DNA of 64,000 nt from an uncultured Planctomycetaceae bacterium (GTDB lineage Bacteria > Planctomycetota > Planctomycetia > Planctomycetales > Planctomycetaceae): positions 64,001-128,000 of the forward strand of contig CAWFGE010000007.1 in NCBI GenBank assembly GCA_963815195.1. Direction: 5' to 3'. The translations under genes were made by a program, and so were the position numbers. The notes below the pieces were generated by a model. That model was given only the letters and a program-made list of their open reading frames with translations, was not told the DNA's origin and did no database searches. This document shows, piece by piece, positions 1 to 11,219 of the stretch. The stretch's first letter is position 1. Each line of letters opens with the position of its first letter.

Positions 1-603
1 TACGTTGGCCGGGTGTGATCAAGCCCGGTACCAAGATCAACGCGATCTTCTCCCAGGAGGACTGGATGCCAACCTTCCTGGCCGCCGCTGGCGTGCCGGA
101 TGTGGTCGAGAAACTCAAGCAGGGCTATAAGGCGAATGGCAAGACGTTCAAGGTTCATGCCGACGGTTACAACTTCCTGCCCTTTTTCAAGGGAGAAGTT
201 GCGAAGGGGCCCCGTGAGGAGATTCTCTACTTCGGCCAGGGAGGCGAACTGAACGCCGTTCGGTGGAAAGACTGGAAAGTCAACTTCGCCGTGGTTGATG
301 GGAACATCGCGACCGGCACCCGCAAGATCACAGGTTGGCCGTTGATCACCCACCTTAAGGCCGACCCTTACGAAAAGATGGCGCTCGAATCGAGTATGTA
401 TATGTCGCTGGTATGGGGACAACATCTGGCTGTTCGTGCCTGTGCAAAATCAGATCAAGAACTTTCTTGTCACGATTCCGCAGTTTCCCTTCCAGGAAGG
501 GAGCAGCTTGAATGCGGCGGGGATTAACTATCAGACGCTCAAGGCTGCCGCGGCGCTCAAGCGATTGACTGACATCGAAACGCTCGGCAATCCGAGTAAT
601 TGA
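1..603 (+). CDS. Arylsulfatase, C-terminal part (5' end outside window; frameshift near 405)
   Basis: Translation ([10 protein letters not shown]...EDWMPT...DGYNFLPFFKG...PREEILYF...WKV) parallels the C-terminus of the sulfatase at 1026-2767. After a frameshift it continues RWYGDNIWLFVP...KRLTDIETLGNPSN, with a stop at 601-603. Confidence 0.85.
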
Positions 604-610
604 CACGTCC

Positions 611-651
611 TGTTGATGGCGGCCGGTCTACGAGACCGGCCGCCATCAACA
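611..651 (+). terminator. Perfect 19-bp hairpin after the sulfatase stop (terminator or RNA-stabilising stem)
   Basis: tgttgatggcggccggtct-acg-agaccggccgccatcaaca, 7 nt after the stop. No strong U-run on the + strand. Confidence 0.6.
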
Positions 652-804
652 AACAGTGGAAGCCTGGTGACTTCAAAAAGTTAAAGTAGGTTCCAAGCAA
701 CGGCGGCAGTGGTGAGATTGGGAGTGGCCTACTTGCCGTTCCATTTCGGCCGCTACCAGTGTGTTTCCCCTCGCTTTCAACGAAGACACGGCAATTGTCT
801 GTTC

Positions 805-915
805 GCGTGGCGGACGGGGCTGGGCATCCGGCAGGCTGATTGCCAAACGGAACACGCCGCACGGCAGCGGCCTCGGCAAGACCCGCTGGGTGGTCGAGCG
901 GGCCTTTGCCTGGAT
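805..915 (+). pseudogene. IS5-family transposase C-terminal fragment
   Basis: LIAKRNTPHGSGLGKTRWVVERAFAWM matches the RWxVERxFAW signature of IS5-family DDE transposases. Confidence 0.7.
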
Positions 916-1025
916 GTCGCATGTCGGCTTTCGTTGCGCCAAATCGGTGAATCCTGCTCATCATTAACGTATTTCCGTCGTATCCGTGTTTTGTCAGTCT
1001 CGTGTCTCCATTGAAAGGACTAGTC

Positions 1026-2767
1026 ATGTCGAGAATTTTGCCGTCATCCGCCTGGGTGACACTCCTACTTGGCGGAGCCCTCGGCTTTGCCGTTGCCACC
1101 CTGGATTTCCGGCCATCCGCCAACGCCGCCGTCGAGACCTCGACGACGAAAAGCGTTCCATCAGCCAGCGGCAGTGTCGACCTGTCGGTGCCGGTGGAAG
1201 CGCCTGCGGAGGTCTGCTGCTCGAAAGACCTGAGTCGGGGCGACCAACTCGCCCTGGCGGGTCACAATGAGCTGGCCATGGCCTCGCTGGCGCAAACCGG
1301 CAAGAAGCCGAACATCTTGATCATTTGGGGTGACGACATCGGGTGGAACAACCCTAGCGCCTACAACCGCGGGATGATGGGCTACAGCACACCGAACATT
1401 GATCGCGTGGCCAATGAAGGCGGATTGTTCACGGATTGGTATGGACAGCAGTCATGCACGGCGGGACGGGCGGCATTCATTACCGGCCAGAGCCCATTCC
1501 GCACCGGGTTGCTTAAAGTCGGCCTCCCCGGCGCAAAGAAGGGCTGTCCGAGAAGGATCCAACAATTCCGGAATTGTTGAAAAATCACGGGTACATGACT
1601 GCCCAGTACGGCAAGAACCACTTGGGCGACCTGGACGAGCACTTGCCTTCGAATCACGGCTTCGACGAATTCTACGGCAACCTTTATCACCTGAATGCAG
1701 AACAGGAGCCCGAGCATCCGGATTACTTCAAACTCCATCCTGAACTGAAAAAAATATTCGGCCCGCGAGGGGTCATCAAGTCGTTCGCCGACGGGAAGAT
1801 AACCGATACCGGGCCGTTGACGATCGAGCGGATGAAGACCATTGATGAGGAGATCACCAAAGGAGCAATGGACTTCGTGGACCGCGCAGTGAAAGCCGAC
1901 AAGCCGTTCTTTCTCTGGTGGAACTCGACTCGCATGCACATCTGGACCCACTTGAAAAAGGAGTCCGAAGGCAAGACGGGATTAGGCGTGTATCCGGACG
2001 GAATGGTCGAACATGACGGGCACGTCGGTCAGTTGCTTGACCAGCTCGACAAGCTGGGCATTGCAGATAACACGATCGTGATGTATTCGACCGACAATGG
2101 TGCTGAGTGCTTTTCCTGGCCGGATGGCGGCAGCACCCCCTTCCGCAACGAAAAGAACTCGAACTGGGAAGGTGGCTACCGCGTTCCCTGCATGATCCGC
2201 TGGCCGGGCGTGATCAAGCCGGGCACGATTTTCAATGGGATTTGTTCGCACGAAGACATGCTCCAGACACTGCTGGCGGCTGTGGGCGAGCCGGACATCA
2301 AAGAGAAGCTGCTCAAGGGCCACAAGGCGAATGGCAGGGATTTCAAAGTGCATCTCGATGGGTACAATCTGATGCCCTATCTCAAAGGCGAGGTGAAAGA
2401 GTCTCCGCGGCGAGAGTTCTTCTACTGGACCGATGATGGCAGTTTGGCCAATCTGCGATACGACCGGTGGAAAGTCGTTTTCATGGAACAGCGAGCGCAC
2501 GGGCTGGATGTTTGGCAGGAGCCCCTGGTCACGCTGCGCTTTCCGAAACTGTTCTGTCTTCGTACCGATCCCTTCGAGCGGGCCGATCACGAGGCAGGGG
2601 ACTACGATCGATGGCGGGTCGACCACGCGTTCGTATTGTTGCCGGCAGTTGCCTTCGTCGGCCAGCACTTGTCGACCTACACCGAGTTCCCTCCGCGTCA
2701 AGAGCCGGGCAGTTTCAATCTGGAGAAAGTCCTTCAGAAGCTCCGACAGGGCGGAGGCGGGAACTGA
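1026..2767 (+). CDS. Exported arylsulfatase (frameshift near 1540)
   Basis: RBS-like gaaagga before ATG 1026 and a hydrophobic N-terminus. Motifs: [27 protein letters not shown] (CxxxR formylglycine motif), YGKNHLG, STDNG. ORFs 1002-1580 and 1574-2767 join by a 1-nt shift. Confidence 0.9.
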
Positions 2768-2871
2768 TCGGTTCGCACGATCGCGCCGTCGTGCCAGTGT
2801 GCAAATCGCAGCGGCACGACGGGTGTTTTCTCGCAAAGGACATATGACATTCTGTCCCGATTCTGTCACCT

Positions 2872-3063
2872 CAACTAGGTGAAAGAAGTTCCTGATGACA
2901 CTGCGACAGTTCCCGTTTCAGGATGGTGGAGCCAGCTGGGATCAACCATCAGACGTTCAAGACCGCCGCGGCGCTCAAGCGTTTGAAGGAGATCGAAACG
3001 CTCGGCAATCCGAGTAATTGACACGTCCTGTTGTGGCGGCAGGTCTTCGAGACCGTCTGCCAT
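2872..3063 (+). pseudogene. Degenerate copy of the 3' end of the first sulfatase gene plus its hairpin
   Basis: gatcgaaacgctcggcaatccgagtaattgacacgtcctgttg is near-identical to ~573-615. The upstream part encodes GINHQTFKTAAALKRLKEIETLGNPSN*. Confidence 0.75.
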
Positions 3064-3224
3064 TCTTAACTCAGGTCGGCGTTGCGAACAACGCTCCTTC
3101 GACGTGTGCGTTCATCTGCATCGTCCGAAGCGCAACAGAGGTCACACATTCAGTAAAGGTGGCTCGATTGCAAAAGAATTAAATCAGACATTTCTTTGCT
3201 CGAACGGTTCGACCCTTTTTCCAA

Positions 3225-3584
3225 TTGACCGGGGCAGGGACGGCGCTGGTGGGGCTCTATGCAGTCCTGCCGTCGTGGGCCATGCCCAATGTCGCCCAGC
3301 TTCCCTACCTGCAGGACTACACGATCATCATCCAGCACTGGGGGATTATGGTCGGGCTCATGGGCATATCCATGATGGCGGCGGCCGTGGTTCCGCAGTG
3401 GCGTGTTCCCATCCTGCTCTATAGTGCGTTAGAAAAGTCCTTCATGGTCTGGCTCGTACTTTCCAACGCCCAGAACTCATTCGTGAGTGGATTCTGGATC
3501 CCCTTCGTGCTCGATTTCACCGTCGTGATTTATACGATCGGCTATTTCGCAGTTTGCGGATTTCGTCCTTCGTCAGTAGATTGA
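3225..3584 (+). CDS. Small hypothetical membrane protein (start uncertain)
   Basis: 119 aa ORF with about four hydrophobic segments. Confidence 0.6.
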   Translation: MTGAGTALVGLYAVLPSWAMPNVAQLPYLQDYTIIIQHWGIMVGLMGISMMAAAVVPQWRVPILLYSALEKSFMVWLVLSNAQNSFVSGFWIPFVLDFTVVIYTIGYFAVCGFRPSSVD

Positions 3585-3691
3585 AACGATCATCGACTCG
3601 GTCGAATTGACAAAAGCGTTCACGACCATGATCGTCCTGGGCGTGCCACCACACTCGACCCAATCACCCTTCTCGGAGACTTATCGTGCGA

Positions 3692-3865
3692 ATGACATCG
3701 CGAATCGCGGCCATTTCGGCCACCCTGCTGCTCACATTAGTCTCCTCGGGCCACGCCCAGGAAATGCCGTGACACCCGAAGAGGCCCGGGCAATTGCCAA
3801 GGAGGCCACCATCTATGCCCGGCAAGGGGTAGTTCGCCGTTCTCCAGCTCTACGGACCGACCGAT
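3692..3865 (+). pseudogene. Remnant of a DUF1254/DUF1214-type protein
   Basis: Signal-like start, then VTPEEARAIAKEATIY (typical DUF1254 N-terminus), followed almost at once by FAVLQLYGPT (DUF1214-like C-terminus). This implies an internal deletion. Confidence 0.45.
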
Positions 3866-4026
3866 TTCACGAAGGTGAAGTGACGCTTCACTGTCAGCGC
3901 AAACCCCGGCGATTCTTCCCGAATGTAGGGGAGTGGCCGGGGTTCAACGAACCGCAGGTCAGACTTGTTGACGCTTGGGAGCAAGATCAACGACGCCATT
4001 GCCCACAACAATTGGCTGCCGCAGTA

Positions 4027-5436
4027 TCATAGAGCCATGTTGACCCGCACGCCATAGACGAATGCATCATTCGCGATCACACCATTCCCCGGATGGATGT
4101 ACTGTAGGTCTGGGCTGATATCCATCCAAGGGTTGACTTGGATCTTGTAGTAAGCCTCGACGCCGGTTCCGTTTCGTGGACCAAAAATCGCTTGCGGCAG
4201 CGGACCAAACTGGTTGCTGGCACCGACAAAGTACCAGCCGACGCCGAACTGATCGCCACGTTGCTTTCCGAGTGGGCTGTAACCTCCGATGCCGGCACTG
4301 AGGAAGTATTGGACGGGGGTCGGATTTCCATCGCTGATGGAGGCCCGCCCAAAGAGTCCGTAGCCGCGCCCAGGTTTGTCCACGTATTGCACCAGGTATT
4401 GGTCGAAGCCATAGTAGATCGTGTAAGAATCGTTGAGGGTCGGAAAACCAGGGACTGTTGGTTCGGGGTAGACGCCCGGAGGAGGCTCGGCAAAACTGAG
4501 ATCGGTCAGTTGGACATGTTTCCAAACCCCGCCCACGTGCTGATCACCTTGCTTGCCGAAGAAGTTGGTTTTCACCTTCACTTCGCCCCCGACAATCACG
4601 CCCTTGGAGTACAGGCTATCCAGATTGTCAAAGAAATTTTTTGTTCGATCCTGGGGATCGAGGACGAATCCGGAAATCATGCCCCACTCTTGCGGCATGG
4701 CCACGCCAGCCATAAATGAGCTGTACGGCAGGCCGAGCAGGAATGCCGGGTTCTGACAAAACGCTTGATTCGTGAACTGTTGGGTGCCATTTCCCCCCGC
4801 AAACTCATCCACATCGGCGGAGCCCGGCACCACCTTTTTGCCAGCAAAGACCACAAAATTTTCCGACAGCGGCTGGGTGAGCACGAAATTGGTGAGGAAA
4901 AGATCGCCGGGATTGTTAGGCGCTGTTGGAAGGAAAGCACCAAACACAGCCGGAGCAAATGCGCCGGTATTGAGTGAAACGTTGCCGTATTGTCCGTACC
5001 AGTGCTCTGCAGTGACCAGCAACTTGCCCTGGGGCAACCCGCCGAACTTCTCCAAGTCAAAGATCGCGTTGTATGTGCCGCGACCGGTGTACTTGAACGT
5101 GTCTCCTTGACCAAGAAGGGGGACCGTGGGGCGGTCAATGCCACCTGCGACCCCAAAGGCGAATTGCGTTGATTGCCCGGTAAACGTAATGCCGGAATTC
5201 TGGAGGTCTGTTCGAAGGCCACCCCAGTCGCTTGTCAGGGTTGGCCGCGTCCAGAGATCACAGCCGCAGTCCGAAAACACAGAGTCGCAGCCGTTCGACT
5301 CCGACAGGCAGGCGGAAACGCTGTCTACAGCCGAATCAGCAGCCTCGCCGACTGAACTCTCCTGCGCCGCTGCCTGATGCCACCACAGAGAGAGCATCGC
5401 GGTGATGGCTATGAATCGAATATTCGCTAAGGGCAT
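4027..5436 (-). CDS. Carbohydrate-selective porin, OprB family
   Basis: Signal peptide, LTSDWGGLRTDL N-terminal motif, and a beta-barrel C-terminus (EAYYKIQVNPWMDISPDLQYIHP...GVRVNMAL). Confidence 0.85.
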   Translation of the reverse strand: MPLANIRFIAITAMLSLWWHQAAAQESSVGEAADSAVDSVSACLSESNGCDSVFSDCGCDLWTRPTLTSDWGGLRTDLQNSGITFTGQSTQFAFGVAGGIDRPTVPLLGQGDTFKYTGRGTYNAIFDLEKFGGLPQGKLLVTAEHWYGQYGNVSLNTGAFAPAVFGAFLPTAPNNPGDLFLTNFVLTQPLSENFVVFAGKKVVPGSADVDEFAGGNGTQQFTNQAFCQNPAFLLGLPYSSFMAGVAMPQEWGMISGFVLDPQDRTKNFFDNLDSLYSKGVIVGGEVKVKTNFFGKQGDQHVGGVWKHVQLTDLSFAEPPPGVYPEPTVPGFPTLNDSYTIYYGFDQYLVQYVDKPGRGYGLFGRASISDGNPTPVQYFLSAGIGGYSPLGKQRGDQFGVGWYFVGASNQFGPLPQAIFGPRNGTGVEAYYKIQVNPWMDISPDLQYIHPGNGVIANDAFVYGVRVNMAL

Positions 5437-5991
5437 GAGGACATCCTTTTGATTAGGACTTCGTGGATGACATGATTGGGGGTGCGAAAATACCCGCTTC
5501 ACAAGCCGTATTTCATCCTGCTCACGACACAGTTGTGGGAATAATCGACGCGAGCGGCACATTCGCTTCGCACGATCCGTCCGGTCCACTCGACATCGTC
5601 GAACAGGAATCTGGATTTTCCTCAAGATGATCACAGTCAATACAGATTAACATGGAACATCTTACGCAATCGGAAATGCCGTTTCCGTCTCGAAGACGGT
5701 CGTTCGGCCTCATGCCGACTGAAAAGTGGAAGAAATGCAGTCAAGGCGCGCCCAGCGTTTGGCGGCAGATGACAACCGCCGGAGTAGCTAGAACTTTGAA
5801 CGCTGCCTAAGCAGAGACGAATCCGAGGATGGCCGCCATCTCATTATCTGCAAAAAAGGGGGAAGGCCGTTGGAGCTGTTGCAGATTCGAAACCAACCTG
5901 AACGCGTCGCTCGCCGTAATTGATTAGCGTATTGACTCGCTCCATTTTTCCGCGAAAATTCACTTGGGATTGCGGTCATGGAGGTGGTGGA

Positions 5992-6555
5992 ATGAAGCGG
6001 TCTAAATGGCAATCGTTTCAGGCAGAAAATCGGCGGCTCTGTCAGGAGAACCGATCCCTGAAACAACGCGTGGCCCAACTGGAATCCCAAGTGGCCCAAT
6101 GGGTTGCTCGAGTGGCGCAACTTGAATCGCAAGTTGCCCAACAGGAAACGCACATTGCCCAGTTGACCACCCAACTCGAGGCTTCACAGCGGCAGGCCAA
6201 GCGGCAAGCGGCTCCCTTTTCCAAAGGGCCGCCCAAAGCCCACCCGAAAAAACGCCCGGGGGCCGGTATGGGGTCAAGACTCACCACCAACCGCCGCCTC
6301 CCGAAGCGATCGATGAGTTTTTATCAGACGGAAATTCCCTGCCGCGTGATCTATCGCCAATTTCACATCCACATCGGATGCTGCGAGGAGTGCGGCCAGC
6401 GGGTGCAGGGGCGGCACGACTTGCAAACCTCCGATGCGTTGGGAGCGGGCACTTCGCAACTGGGGCTGAACCTCCAGGCGGCGATCGCGTTTCTCAATAA
6501 ACGCTGCGGGCTGTTCCACGGCAAGATCGTGCAGTTCTTTCGAGAACTCGTCACC
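5992..6555 (+). pseudogene. IS66-like transposase N-terminal remnant
   Basis: Coiled coil followed by KRQAAPFSKGPPK..PK.PG and a zinc-finger-like segment (CEECGQRVQGRH). Frameshifted, with no DDE domain. Confidence 0.7.
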
Positions 6556-6678
6556 GTCAAAACGCGATCATGTTTCAGAGCCGCCGCCTCCGCAGCACGC
6601 CACCCCCTCTGTGGGCCACCACCCCGACAGGCCAATGATTCGGCAAAAGAGTCGCAATTCAATCACATCACCGCTCGC

Positions 6679-8314
6679 CTAGAAGAAGATTTGGAGCTGC
6701 GACCGCACGAGAATGCCGGTCTGGCCCGCCTGATAGTTCGTACGGTTCTGGTCGGCCGGGACATGGTCGAGCCAGGCGGCATCTAACGTGAATCGTAAGT
6801 TCTGCTTGCCCGGCAGGAAGAACCAATTGAAGCCGCCCGCGTATTCCGCTCCTGCTCCAGACGGCCCGGTGACGTACGATGTGCGGGCATATGGTTCAAA
6901 CGTTTGCGGAATTAAGAAATATCCTGCCTGGGCAAAACTTCCGTATTGGTAGATGGAGGATTGGGGGATCGGCCCGCTGGCTCTCAAGTCAAACAGTTCC
7001 TGCAAGTAGAACTCGCCGCTCAGGCTGCCCCCTTGATACTTATATGCAAAGTCGACCGTGGCCAGGCCGATTTTGAACGCGTTCAAGGTCGTGCCAGGTG
7101 CCAACGCGCCGGTTTGGGTAATGAGCGTGCCGTCGGAGAGACGAATCGGAGAGTTTTCCGGTACGTTCGAACCTCCCTGTGGTCCCCGCTCGGGAGCGTA
7201 GGTGAGACTGGTTCCGATCCGAATGGCTGGTTCAGCATGCCATTCAAAGTCGGAATACCCTCGGCCGAAATCGCCTAGTGGTTCGCACCAGACAGACCCC
7301 GAAAAGGCCATCAACGAGCTGAGTTGTTGCGGCGTCGAACCGAGCGTATTAAACCCGTTGGACATCATAACGTGATAGAAGACGCCGTCGGTTGGCTCTC
7401 CAGTGGCCCAGATCCCCTGACTCAAGCTGGGGCGAAAGAATGTGGTGGCCATCGATCGATCGACACCCTGGGTATCGACGAATGACAAAAGCCATTCACG
7501 GCCGCCGGGAACCTTGCTCTGCCCGGCATAAACGGTCATCGCCCGGTTGAACCGCCAGGCCAGCCAATACGCCCGGAAATTGATCTGACTGTTGCTGACG
7601 GTGTTGTAATCAATATTCAGGTTGTACAAGAGCCTCTTTGCGAAACGCGAATCCGGAAAAGATCAGTCGCCCGCGCGGAATCTGAAAACTACTCTGATTG
7701 CTCAACGGCGTCACGATCCCCGCACTGTCGGTCCAAGTGGGCTTGACTCGCTCAAAACCTGTATACCGGATCTGATTTTGTCCATTAATTTTCAATTCAA
7801 ACGGAGACTCATCTGCGTCTGTTGGACGGATCACAAAGCCACGATCGAAATTGGCGTAAAATCTTCCCGGTTGTGCACCACCAGAGACGGAAAGAGAACT
7901 GACCTCATGCGGAAAATCTTCGGCCGTGTCAAAAGTGAGAGATGAAAAGTTCACGGAGGAAGCTCGTCCTGGAGTGTCAAACACCGGGGCTTCGCCCACA
8001 TCGACAGGCGGCCGATCGCTCGATGGCAGCATCGAAGCGTCCCGCGTCGAATCCGACTCCTGCAACCGTTCTCGAAGCTGAAGACGTTCCATCTGCAACG
8101 TCAACCGACGGTTCTGCTCGACAAGTGCAGCTTGGCTTTGTTCGAACTGTTGCAGCCGCTGCTCTAAACCCGCCGCAATTGAGGCGGAAGACTCATCGAA
8201 TTCGGCTGAACCGGGGATCTCATCACTCAGCACCGGGACAGCCATCAGCCACACCAACCCCGCCAGGAACAGGCTCGTCCCCGTTTTCAGACGTTGCTGC
8301 GGATAGAAAATCAT
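6679..8314 (-). CDS. Outer-membrane porin (OprO/OprP-like; frameshift near 7630)
   Basis: Signal peptide and coiled coil, then FELKINGQNQIRY..RGRLIFSG. ORF 6679-7629 continues the barrel and ends in RSQLQIFF (terminal Phe). Confidence 0.7.
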
Positions 8315-8400
8315 CTGCCCAAGCTCCCCGCAGATCCTCTGAGTTTTGACTCGAATGGGGCACTCCGAGCGTATCATTTCGTCCCGAGAAATGGTGACGG

Positions 8401-8463
8401 TCTGCAAACCGGCGTCTGCAAACTGGCGTCTGCAAACTGGCGTCTGCAAACTGGCGTCTGCAA
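8401..8463. repeat. 14-bp tandem repeat (tctgcaaactggcg) x4.5
   Basis: Units start at 8401, 8415, 8429, 8443, with a partial unit at 8457. Confidence 0.95.
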
Positions 8464-8513
8464 GTTGAGATTTGAACAATCATTCTGCAACTCTTCCAGG
8501 GCCATTAGGTCGA

Positions 8514-8762
8514 GGGTGTAACCGGTCACCCGCAATCTTCAGAACCCCTAATTTTCCCCTTGATTTGGGCCTTTTAGTGCTTTTTCTTTCGCGATTAACC
8601 CGTTTGCAAAAATCAGGCAAAATCAACGCATTCACTGTAACTATATCAGCTATCTGACAATTTGGTCATTAGCATCCATAAATCCAGGAGTTTTCGGCCC
8701 CACCAGGATTACCTAGCCCATGCTAGACCGCCCATTTTAGTTGCGGGCGACCGGTTACACCC
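8514..8762. mobile_element. Non-autonomous MITE-like element (249 bp)
   Basis: 22-bp terminal inverted repeats gggtgtaaccggtc(a/g)cccgcaa with 1 mismatch, flanked by ttagGtcga and ttagCtcga (8/9 direct repeat). AT-richer interior with no transposase. Confidence 0.75.
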
Positions 8763-8950
8763 TTAGCTCGATTGACTGACCTGCTGACCAAGGCCCTAAT
8801 CCGGATCATGAGGCTCAACCTCCATCGTCCAGATGCTATGCTAAACTTGAGCGATTATTTCGGTTGTGTTCCCGTTCCTGGCTATGGTCTGTGTTTGAAA
8901 TTCAGTCTACCGCTGTCACTCGCCAAATTCTCTGACGGCGGTCAGCAGAC

Positions 8951-9130
8951 TTGGCAGCGGGGAATCCCTATTTCTCGGTGGATTCCAAGGCCAAAGAGTT
9001 TCAAGGCCAACTGTTTCGCCAAGTCCGCGTGCGCAGCACAAAAGCCTTTGAAGCCTTCGATCATGATTTTCCGAGTTGGGCCGAAGGCGTAATCATTCCG
9101 CATGGCATCTATGATCTCGTTCGCAATCGG
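8951..9130 (+). pseudogene. ISAzo13-family transposase fragment
   Basis: GNPYFSVDSKAKE...DHDFPSWAEGVIIPHGIYDL is characteristic of this family. Confidence 0.75.
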
Positions 9131-9175
9131 GTGTATGGATCAGTCCAAACGTTCTGCAACACAGCATCGGAAGAA

Positions 9176-9850
9176 TGAGGTGGACCCCATTCTTTGGACA
9201 GCGAACGGGGTTGTTTAGTGGTATGAGTCAGCGGCAGACGAGGCCCTTCATAGGCCTCGTCGTCTGCCGCCGATGACAGGGGGCCAGGTCCGAGACCTCA
9301 CCAGTTCCCCCACCGTTTTGCACGAAACTTTGTTTCATTTTTCGTCCACCGCTTTGTCCAGCCTTCAATCTTTTCCCGCGTAGATCCTCGCCGGCGTTTG
9401 ATAGCCCAACGATTGATGGATCCGTTCCTCACAATAGAACTCAAAGTAACGCGATAACTGCTCTTCGGCCTCCCAGCCATCCGCGTAGTCCTTCAAGTAG
9501 ACCTCTTCGTATTTCACGCTTCGCCACAGGCGTTCGATGAACACGTTGTCCAAGCACCGCCCTTTGCCGTCCATGCTGATCGCCACGTTCAAGCGTTCCA
9601 AACGCTTCGTGAATTGGATCGCCGTGAACTGGCTGCCTTGGTCGCTGTTGAACACTTCGGGCCGCGAGATCGACAAGGCTTCGTCCAACGCCTCCAGGCA
9701 AAAACTTCCTTCCAACGTATTCGACAATCGCCAGCTCAAGACGTACCGGCTGAACCAGTCCATCACCGCCACGAGATACAGATATCCGTGCTGAAGCGGG
9801 ATGTATGTGATGTCGGTGGACCACACCTGGTCCGGCCGGACGATCTCGTT
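9176..9850 (-). mobile_element. IS3-family element, right-hand part (integrase core 9365-9850; right end at 9176-9200)
   Basis: VWSTDITYIP..YLVAVMDWFSRYVLSW..FNSDQGSQF..DNVFIERLWRSVKYE. The minus strand ends tgtccaaagaatggggtccacctca, an IS3-like right end. Confidence 0.85.
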
Positions 9851-10208
9851 TCGGCTGAGAGCGATACGTCTCGAAAAACTGCCGCATTCGCCAGAGATTC
9901 TGCGACGAAAATCCGCGTGCGTTCGGCTGTTGCCGGCGAATGTGGTCGGCCAGGGTGCTGACCGTCCCGTTCCCCCACCCGTCCTCGGCGATTTTGACCG
10001 TGATGAACTCGCCGATGCTCCAGTAAAGCTCGATCAGGGCGGTGTTGACGGTGGCAACGGCCCGGCTTCTGGCGGCATCGATCAGCTCCAGAACCGTGTC
10101 GAAATCCGCCTGGTTGGGCGTCAAGGCTGACGGCGACGCGGATGGTTTTGATTTCGGGCGGGCTTTACCGGCGGCCGGAGTGGGGTTCGTTTTTGAACGC
10201 TTCTTCAT
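9850..10208 (-). pseudogene. DUF1016 (YhcG) N-terminal domain gene, truncated by a junction with IS3 sequence
   Basis: VNTALIELYWSIGEFI...GWG..V..LA...RGFSSQNLWRMRQFFETY. The nuclease half is absent. Confidence 0.8.
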
Positions 10209-10462
10209 GCCTGCTCCTGCACCTGAGAGAGGCTGGGACGATTGGCGTTCGGTTTGAGCAGGACGTAACGCCATCCCTCCGGCCCTTTCTCGGCGCGGAT
10301 GTCGTATCCCCTTTCCCGCAACGCCTCGACGGAACGCGATACGGTGGGAATCGAGACGCCGACTCTCTCGGCCAGGGCGGGCGTCGAATAGTTGCCCGTT
10401 CGGATCAGCCGCAAAACAGCCTCAAGCCGATCTTCGATTTCGCGCGAGCGCTGATAACGCAT
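10205..10462 (-). CDS. HTH domain protein (HTH_11/BirA-like)
   Basis: 85 aa, with YSTPALAERVGVSIPTVSRSVEALRERGYDI. Confidence 0.8.
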   Translation of the reverse strand: MRYQRSREIEDRLEAVLRLIRTGNYSTPALAERVGVSIPTVSRSVEALRERGYDIRAEKGPEGWRYVLLKPNANRPSLSQVQEQA

Positions 10463-10786
10463 TGGGTTTTTCCCTAAGTGTAAGCGATAACAAACGTCTA
10501 TCCAACAGCGATAGGCTTGTCAACCGGAGGGATGTACTTGGTTTTCGGTCTTGGATGTGGACATCCTGCCAGATTGAAATAAACGGCCAATGAATGGCCT
10601 TTGATAATTTTTGGCGCTCGGGGGGGCGGATTGAAGTCCTTCCCCTCTCCTTGGCCCATTTCTGTGCGAATTTGGGCTGGTCCGTCTTGAACATGTCCAA
10701 ACTGGTTTGCACTTCCTCCCTGAATGCCATGCTTCCGATCCCTTCTTGCTCAGCTATCGGCGACAGACCTCTGGCCGTCGATCGAC

Positions 10787-11103
10787 TTATCCACAAGGCG
10801 AGTCCGTTAAGTAAGTTAAGATCTTTGATCTTTAGATCAGTTAAACAGTTAGCTGTCCGGCAACGCTTTGATCGGGCGGACCATTTTGAGGGTTCGTGCG
10901 CCTAATCGCCCGATGATTTGCGCCTAATCGCCCGAGTCAGCGTGCGCCTAATCGCCCGATAGCTTTGCGCCTAATAGCCCGACGGTATCCACAGAGAGCA
11001 AACGGGGGGAGAACAGCGACTCAGAGGCTGGAACTTCACGAAATCTGCCGATTATCGGGATGTGAGCCGTGTCGTTTGACCCACTTTACGCCTAATCGCC
11101 CGA
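10787..11103. promoter_or_regulatory. Iteron-type plasmid replication origin
   Basis: Perfect DnaA box ttatccaca at 10787-10795 and an AT-rich GATC-repeat segment at ~10806-10850. 17-bp iterons tgcgcctaatcgcccga at 10897, 10919, 10943, 10966 and 11087. Second near-DnaA box at 10985-10993. Confidence 0.8.
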
Positions 11104-11219
11104 CTCCAAGGTTTCCAAGCTGTTGAGTTGAAACGATTCCGAAAATATGCCCGACGAGGTGCGGCGTCCCGCAAAGCGGGGCCATTCGCGGCGGGGATGG
11201 TCATCCGACAGCCGGGTGC

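Noticed and set aside
9231..9270. Independent ncRNA hairpin
   Set aside because: It lies within the IS3 right-end region and is most simply part of the element.
9441..10274. A genuine 277-aa protein
   Set aside because: It is the DUF1016 N-terminus running off-frame into IS3 sequence.
10422..10796. Plasmid Rep initiator
   Set aside because: The predicted start falls within the DnaA box and I recognise no Rep motif. It may be a remnant, but I cannot support the call.
10897..10982. Mini-CRISPR
   Set aside because: 17-bp repeats with 5-7 bp gaps beside DnaA boxes fit iterons.
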